Assembly (NCBI GenBank): GCA_041548245.1
Contig: JBFESZ010000063.1
Span: forward strand, 1 to 12,304
DNA: 12,304 nt
Origin: Sulfurimonadaceae bacterium
GTDB taxonomy: Bacteria; Campylobacterota; Campylobacteria; Campylobacterales; Sulfurimonadaceae
Direction: 5' to 3'
Shown: piece after piece, positions 6,762 to 12,304 of the stretch
How positions within the stretch are numbered: position 1 is the first letter of the stretch
How the letters are laid out: each line of letters starts with the position of its first letter
Made by a program: the position numbers and the translations under genes
The notes under the pieces: generated by a model
Database searches by the model: none
Seen by the model: only the letters and a program-made list of their open reading frames with translations
What the model was told of the DNA's origin: nothing

Positions 6762-7670
6762 GTGAATAAAGCGCAAGCTGAAAAAATCATAACCTCTGCT
6801 TTTAACGCCCTGATAGAAAAGCTTCAAGCCCAGAGTGAGTATACTCCTCAGCCCCTAATCGACAGCCTTCACCAACTTGCCAAGGAGTTGAAAAGTGATA
6901 GCAATATTTCTCTGAATATGCACTCTGTTGAAAAAAATTTTGAACTTGAATACAAGAATATTGCTGAACAAAGTCTGCACTCCTACGCTCAGACACGTGA
7001 ATCTGTGGAACGTATCAATCAAGAGCAGCTGCGACTCATCGAAAAGTCACATGAAAACAGCAGTGTTAAAATCGATGAGATTTTATACGATTTCAGTAGT
7101 GTTCACCAAAAAGTCGAAGATCAAATGCGTAAAGCAAATGACACCATTAAAGAGCTTCGCAAGCAGATTACCATACTCGAAGACACTTCCAACCTTGATC
7201 CTTTGACACGTACCTACAATCGTCGTGCATTGGAAAACTACATCGAATCTGTCCGTAAGATGGAAGAAAGACCATACCAAACGCGTATGCTTTTGATCGA
7301 CATTGACGACTTCAAATATGTCAATGATCAATATGGACACCTTGCAGGTGATCGTGTTCTGATGTTCTTGGGAAAACTCATCAGCAGTTCTTTACGTGAC
7401 GGAGACAAGGTCTTTCGATTTGGCGGAGAGGAGTTTCTTGTCATTCTTAACGAGGGGAATGATGACGTTTGTAAAAAAGTTTCCGAGCGTATTTTGAATG
7501 GGGTTCGCACCAACACCCTGCTTTACAAACAGCATCAGATAAAGATTACTTTGAGTATGGGTTCTGCAGTCTTTCAAGAAGGTGATACTTTTGAGTCATT
7601 TATTGAACGTGCTGACAAAGCACTGTACAAAGCCAAAGCAAATGGCAAAGATCAATTAGTGGTAGGATAA
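6762..7670 (+). CDS. Diguanylate cyclase (GGDEF domain) with N-terminal coiled-coil region
   Basis: DPLT wide turn, YNRR, DIDDFKYVNDQYGHLAGD, RDGD I-site five residues before the GGEEF A-site, and RADKALYKAKANGKD. No transmembrane segment. Confidence 0.93.
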   Translation: MNKAQAEKIITSAFNALIEKLQAQSEYTPQPLIDSLHQLAKELKSDSNISLNMHSVEKNFELEYKNIAEQSLHSYAQTRESVERINQEQLRLIEKSHENSSVKIDEILYDFSSVHQKVEDQMRKANDTIKELRKQITILEDTSNLDPLTRTYNRRALENYIESVRKMEERPYQTRMLLIDIDDFKYVNDQYGHLAGDRVLMFLGKLISSSLRDGDKVFRFGGEEFLVILNEGNDDVCKKVSERILNGVRTNTLLYKQHQIKITLSMGSAVFQEGDTFESFIERADKALYKAKANGKDQLVVG

Positions 7671-8333
7671 ATGGAATTTAGTATTTTTGATTTGGTTGTG
7701 GGAAGTATTATTTTGCTTCTTGGATTAAAAGGTATTCTTAACGGTTTTTTTAAAGAGCTCTTTGGTCTTATCGGTATAGTCGGTGGTATTTTTGTCGGTT
7801 CACGTGTAGCCTCAAGTGTCGGTGGTGCATTAAGTGATGCTATTTTCAAGTTTGAAAGCCCGGCTGCCATAAGTTTTCTAGGCTTTCTGGTCACACTTGC
7901 CCTGTTCTGGGGAAGTATGATCGGTATTGGTATACTCTTCCAAAAGTTTTCCAAGATGAGCGGATTGGGCATCATGGACAAAATATTCGGTTTTATCTTT
8001 GGCAGCGGAAAGTTTTTCTTTATCGCCTCTGTGATCGTCTATGCAGTCTATAACTTCAAAGCCGTCAGAGACAACTTCAATATGGAAGGAAGCTTGATGT
8101 TCCCTGCACTTGTCGAGACAGGACGTATTATCATGCACATTGATGGTGAAAAAGTTGCTAAAGACATTAATAACAGCATAGACAACAGTGTAGAAAAAGC
8201 AAAAGAGATCATCCATGATGAAGCCACTGATGAGATCCTTAAAGCGGCAAAAAGTGAAAAGGATGCTTTGATCGAAATGGTAAACACAAAACTCAAAGAG
8301 AGTAATATCTCACTGCCAACGGAGGAAAAATGA
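7671..8333 (+). CDS. cvpA: CvpA (colicin V production) family membrane protein
   Basis: FDLVVGSIILLLGLKGILNGFFKELFGLIGIVGG N-terminus, MDKIFGFIFG motif and about four TM segments. Its position before fur matches C. jejuni. Confidence 0.88.
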   Translation: MEFSIFDLVVGSIILLLGLKGILNGFFKELFGLIGIVGGIFVGSRVASSVGGALSDAIFKFESPAAISFLGFLVTLALFWGSMIGIGILFQKFSKMSGLGIMDKIFGFIFGSGKFFFIASVIVYAVYNFKAVRDNFNMEGSLMFPALVETGRIIMHIDGEKVAKDINNSIDNSVEKAKEIIHDEATDEILKAAKSEKDALIEMVNTKLKESNISLPTEEK

Positions 8334-8800
8334 ATCAACAATCATTCACAGCACGTACAGTTGAGTTTGAGACTCTTTTAGAGGAGTTCAAGGCCCTTTT
8401 GAAAAAAAACGGTGAAAAATTCACTATTCAAAGAGAAGTCATCCTTGAAACACTTTATAACAGTGATGAGCATCTTACCCCCGAAGCGCTCCATCAACTT
8501 ATCCAGCAACAGCATCCTAAGCTAAAAACCGGAATAGCTACGGTGTATCGTACACTTTCTCGTCTGGAAGACTCGGATATGGTAACATCCTTGTCATTCG
8601 GTGCCCAGGGAAAGAAGTATGAGCTTGGAGCAAAAGACCATCACGACCATATGATATGTACAACATGCGGTCAGATCACAGAATTCGTAGACCAGGCTAT
8701 TGAAGAGCGTCAGCGCAAGATCGCCAATGAGTTTGGTTTTCAGATGACCGACCACTCTATGCAGATATACGGTATCTGTAAAAACTGTCAAAACAACTAA
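8330..8800 (+). CDS. fur: Ferric uptake regulator
   Basis: [17 protein letters not shown] helix, [10 protein letters not shown] and C-terminal CKNC. It closely resembles C. jejuni Fur and shares the fur-lysS-glyA order. Confidence 0.93.
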   Translation: MNQQSFTARTVEFETLLEEFKALLKKNGEKFTIQREVILETLYNSDEHLTPEALHQLIQQQHPKLKTGIATVYRTLSRLEDSDMVTSLSFGAQGKKYELGAKDHHDHMICTTCGQITEFVDQAIEERQRKIANEFGFQMTDHSMQIYGICKNCQNN

Positions 8801-8819
8801 TTCAAAAGAAGGAACAAGA

Positions 8820-10355
8820 TTGCCATTTCAAAACCAGTACGTCCAACAACGTATCGAAAAAGCACAAAAACTTAAAGAACTAGGCCTGAACCCATATCGT
8901 AATGATTCAGAGCGCAATACAACGATTGCAAAGTTCATCAACGTTAACTCTGATGTAGAACAGATGGAAGACAAACGTGCCGAGTCACGTTCATATATCG
9001 TTGCAGGACGTGTCAAACTCTACCGTCTTATGGGTAAGGCAAGCTTTTTAAAAATTGAAGATGAGAGCGGTATTTTACAAGTTTATGTTGCTAGAGACAA
9101 CCTGCCTGAAGGTTTCTACAATGAGATCAAAAAACTTATGGAAGTCGGAGATATCATAGAAGTAGAGGGCTATCCATTCGTAACCAACAAAGGTGAACTA
9201 TCATTGCATGTCAATAAGCTAAAAGTTATGACAAAAGCCGTATCACCACTTCCAGAAAAATATCACGGGCTTACGGACAAAGAAGCGCGTTACCGCCAAC
9301 GCTACCTTGACCTTATCATGAACTCGGAAGTTAAAAAGACCTTTAAGATCCGCTCCAAAGTCATCTCTTTAATCCGTCACTTCTTCGAAGAGAAAGGCTT
9401 CCTCGAAGTCGAGACACCAATGATGCATCCGATTGCCGGTGGTGCAAATGCCAAGCCTTTTGTTACACATCACAATGCTTTAGGTATTGACAGATACCTG
9501 CGAATCGCACCAGAGTTATATCTGAAGCGTCTAATCGTGGGTGGATTTGAAGCCGTATTCGAGATCAACAGAAACTTTAGAAATGAAGGGATGGATGCCA
9601 CGCACAACCCTGAGTTCACTTCAATTGAATTCTACTGGGCATACAAGACATATAAAGACCTTATCGAACTTACGATTGAGCTTTTCGATTATCTCTTTGA
9701 ACATTTAGACCTTCCTGAAAAATTGCCATATGGAGATATGGAAATTGATTTCAGTAAATTTACACAGATAGGTCTGGTAAAATCACTTTCTGAAATCGGT
9801 GGTGTACCTGTGGAGATTGTCGAAGATAGAGAAAAGATCATCAGCTATCTTAAAGAGCATAATCTTGAAGTCAATGAGAAAATGAACCTTGGTCAACTTC
9901 AGGCTGAACTCTTTGATGAGTTTGTTGAAGCAAAACTGATTAATCCGACGTTCATCACCGACTATCCAGTCGAAATTTCGCCGTTGGCGCGTCGTTCAGA
10001 TGAAAATCCTGCGATAACAGAACGCTTTGAACTTTTTATTGCAGGTAAAGAGATCGCTAATGCTTTCTCAGAGCTCAATGATCCGGTTGATCAGTATGAA
10101 CGTTTTAAGGCTCAGGTCGATGCCAAGGAGTGTGGCGATGATGAAGCTCATGAAATGGATGAGGACTTTATCAAAGCTCTTTCCTATGGAATGGCACCAA
10201 CAGCTGGACAAGGTATCGGTATTGACCGACTTGTCATGATGTTGACTAATCAACACACGATTAGAGATGTCCTTCTCTTCCCTGCTATGAAACCGCTAAG
10301 CAAAGAAGAACAGGCCAGCGTAGATGAAGAATTAAATCAAAAAGAGGAAAACTAA
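8820..10355 (+). CDS. lysS: Lysine--tRNA ligase (class II)
   Basis: OB-fold [40 protein letters not shown], motif 2 FRNEG..HNPEF and motif 3 GIGIDRL. TTG start with AAGGA SD. Confidence 0.98.
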   Translation: MPFQNQYVQQRIEKAQKLKELGLNPYRNDSERNTTIAKFINVNSDVEQMEDKRAESRSYIVAGRVKLYRLMGKASFLKIEDESGILQVYVARDNLPEGFYNEIKKLMEVGDIIEVEGYPFVTNKGELSLHVNKLKVMTKAVSPLPEKYHGLTDKEARYRQRYLDLIMNSEVKKTFKIRSKVISLIRHFFEEKGFLEVETPMMHPIAGGANAKPFVTHHNALGIDRYLRIAPELYLKRLIVGGFEAVFEINRNFRNEGMDATHNPEFTSIEFYWAYKTYKDLIELTIELFDYLFEHLDLPEKLPYGDMEIDFSKFTQIGLVKSLSEIGGVPVEIVEDREKIISYLKEHNLEVNEKMNLGQLQAELFDEFVEAKLINPTFITDYPVEISPLARRSDENPAITERFELFIAGKEIANAFSELNDPVDQYERFKAQVDAKECGDDEAHEMDEDFIKALSYGMAPTAGQGIGIDRLVMMLTNQHTIRDVLLFPAMKPLSKEEQASVDEELNQKEEN

Positions 10356-10357
10356 AA

Positions 10358-11611
10358 ATGAACACAAGTAACTTACAAACATTTGATCCAGAAGTATTTG
10401 GATACTGTGAACAAGAGCTAGAGCGTCAATCGGAGCATCTGGAGATGATCGCTTCTGAGAACTTTACACTTCCGGCTGTCATGCAGGCAATGGGTTCTGT
10501 TTTTACGAACAAATATGCTGAGGGATATCCTGGTAAACGTTATTATGGTGGTTGTGATTATGCAGATAAGGTAGAGCAACTTGCCATAGACAGAGCATGT
10601 GAGCTTTTCAACTGTAACTATGCAAACGTACAACCTCACTCAGGTTCACAGGCGAATGGTGCCGTTTATGCTGCACTTCTAAAAGCAGGCGACAAAATCC
10701 TTGGTATGGACCTTTCTCACGGTGGTCACTTGACACATGGTTCAAAACCGTCATTTTCAGGAAAGAACTATTCAAGCTTCACGTATGGTGTAGAGCTTGA
10801 CGGGCGTATCAACTATGAGCGTGTTATGGATATCGCCAAGATCGTTCAACCAAAGATTATCGTCTGTGGTGCTTCAGCATATGCTCGTGAGATAGATTTC
10901 AAAAAATTCCGTGAGATTGCGGATGAAGTCGGCGCTATTCTGTTCGCTGATATCGCACACATCGCTGGCCTTGTCTGTGCAGGTGAGCATCCTAGCCCAT
11001 TCCCTTATGCTGATGTCGTTACGACAACAACACACAAGACACTTGCCGGTCCTCGTGGCGGTATGATTATGTGTAATGATGAGGAGATTGCTAAAAAGAT
11101 CAATTCAGCTATCTTCCCTGGTCTTCAAGGTGGACCGCTTGTGCATGTGATCGCTGCTAAAGCAGTCGGTTTTAAATACAATCTTTCAGATGAATGGAAA
11201 ACCTATGCTAAACAAGTCAAGGCAAATGCCTCGGTTCTTGCCAAAGTGCTTATCGAGCGTGGGTATGATGTAGTCAGTAATGGAACGGACAACCACCTTG
11301 TACTTGTCTCATTCATTAACAAAGATTTCTCAGGTAAAGATGCTGACGCTGCTCTTGGAAATGCCGGTATCACAGTCAACAAGAACACTGTTCCAGGTGA
11401 AACACGTTCTCCGTTTGTCACTTCAGGAATCCGTATAGGTTCACCGGCATTGACTTCTAGAGGAATGAAAGAGAAAGAGTTTGAGATTATTGCTAACCGC
11501 ATTGCAGATGTACTTGATAATATCAACAATACAGAAGTTCAAGCAAACGTCAAAAAAGAGTTGACAGAACTAGCCAAACAGTTTATTATATATACGCAAC
11601 CGACATATTAA
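10358..11611 (+). CDS. glyA: Serine hydroxymethyltransferase
   Basis: [43 protein letters not shown], and the PLP lysine motif [14 protein letters not shown]. Confidence 0.98.
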   Translation: MNTSNLQTFDPEVFGYCEQELERQSEHLEMIASENFTLPAVMQAMGSVFTNKYAEGYPGKRYYGGCDYADKVEQLAIDRACELFNCNYANVQPHSGSQANGAVYAALLKAGDKILGMDLSHGGHLTHGSKPSFSGKNYSSFTYGVELDGRINYERVMDIAKIVQPKIIVCGASAYAREIDFKKFREIADEVGAILFADIAHIAGLVCAGEHPSPFPYADVVTTTTHKTLAGPRGGMIMCNDEEIAKKINSAIFPGLQGGPLVHVIAAKAVGFKYNLSDEWKTYAKQVKANASVLAKVLIERGYDVVSNGTDNHLVLVSFINKDFSGKDADAALGNAGITVNKNTVPGETRSPFVTSGIRIGSPALTSRGMKEKEFEIIANRIADVLDNINNTEVQANVKKELTELAKQFIIYTQPTY

Positions 11612-11632
11612 TAGATTTTTTGGAGGCCACTT

Positions 11633-12175
11633 ATGACAGCAATGGACTTAAAACTTATCAAAATGGTATCGGATCACTATTGGATCAAATCGGATACCGT
11701 TGTCGACAAGCTGTCTTATAAGGGTAGAACTTTTTACAACAAATACGAAAGGGTCAACAAGCCTCTTAATCAACAGGTGATTAACCAGCATCTTAAAGGT
11801 GAGATCACTGTGGCCCATTCACTTATCAACAAGCATGACAAGGTCGAGAACATCGTTATTGATTATAATGGGCGTGATCCTGAGCGTTTTTACCATCGTG
11901 CCCAACTTCTTCTTCGTGAAGAAGGCTACATCAACTTCACAGCCTTTGAGACAAAAACCCCTGGCCATTTGCATCTGTACATCCATAAAGGACACACCAC
12001 CTTGCAAGAGGCATATCAGCTAGGAAAACTTCTCTCTATGAAGCTTGCGGCAAAGATGCCAAAACAGTGGAGGGTCTTTCCTACACAGGATCTTCCTCCT
12101 GAATATAACATTCTTAACATCCCGCAAGAGGTCTATGCCAAAGAACGCGGAGCAAGTTGGTCAAAGCATATGTAA
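11633..12175 (+). CDS. DUF1882 family protein (HP0184/Cj0403-like; AEP/prim-pol fold)
   Basis: GGAGG SD at 11622-11626. It follows glyA as in Campylobacter and Helicobacter. Motifs [27 protein letters not shown] and NILNIP. Confidence 0.85.
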   Translation: MTAMDLKLIKMVSDHYWIKSDTVVDKLSYKGRTFYNKYERVNKPLNQQVINQHLKGEITVAHSLINKHDKVENIVIDYNGRDPERFYHRAQLLLREEGYINFTAFETKTPGHLHLYIHKGHTTLQEAYQLGKLLSMKLAAKMPKQWRVFPTQDLPPEYNILNIPQEVYAKERGASWSKHM

Positions 12176-12195
12176 ACTCCGATACAAATTCACAT

Positions 12196-12212
12196 TGCTT
12201 CTTCAAGAAGCA
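12196..12212. repeat. Inverted repeat (terminator or operator)
   Basis: TGCTTCTT-C-AAGAAGCA has perfect 8-bp arms. It lies 20 nt after the DUF1882 stop and is followed by TATTT. Confidence 0.6.
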
Positions 12213-12258
12213 TATTTGGGTTATGCTTTATAGTGCGAATCAAAACCAAGGACTCCTT

Positions 12259-12304
12259 ATGAATACCTCAAAATCTGTTACTGAAAAAATCAGCCGAACC
12301 GTAT
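12259..12304 (+). CDS. Start of an unidentified CDS (truncated)
   Basis: AAGGA SD at 12248-12252, ATG at 12259, and an open frame MNTSKSVTEKISRTV to the window end. Possible -10 TATAGT at 12229-12234. Confidence 0.55.
   Translation, partial: MNTSKSVTEKISRTV

Noticed and set aside
7671..8333. Bacteriocin locus implied by the name colicin V production protein
   Set aside because: CvpA is a widespread core membrane protein. No bacteriocin, immunity or exporter gene is present.
6802..12233. Remaining short overlapping ORFs in the track (e.g. 7652..7981, 7878..8216, 11203..11529, 12045..12233)
   Set aside because: All lie within or opposite well-supported genes and show no recognisable motifs.
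1..12304. tRNA, rRNA, CRISPR array, IS element or pseudogene
   Set aside because: Intergenic gaps are short (at most about 170 bp). I saw no cloverleaf, repeat-spacer array, terminal inverted repeats or frameshifts.

Overview
This is a core chromosomal region of a Campylobacterota (epsilonproteobacterial) bacterium. The gene order recalls the C. jejuni coaX-hyp-lipoprotein-hyp / gatC-cvpA-fur-lysS-glyA-DUF1882 block (Cj0394c-Cj0403), here with extra genes. The minus-strand operon is a YfgM-like membrane protein, a beta-propeller-like lipoprotein, a XerD-like tyrosine recombinase, a 107-aa hypothetical and type III pantothenate kinase coaX (not in the ORF track, truncated at the window edge). 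The plus strand carries gatC, an ArsC/YffB-family gene and pilT, converging on a class II DAHP synthase, then a GGDEF diguanylate cyclase, cvpA, fur, lysS, glyA, DUF1882 and the start of another gene. I see no RNA genes, CRISPR array or mobile element, and no clearly new multi-gene system. The best leads are: a catalytically degenerate AEP/primase-fold protein (DUF1882); a possible cryptic YfgM-BamB pair; a probably inactive Mrr/PD-(D/E)xK-fold protein on a possible leaderless mRNA; a perfect 20-bp palindrome between convergent genes; and a diguanylate cyclase coupled to the fur operon. Family assignments come from motif recognition, not database searches.
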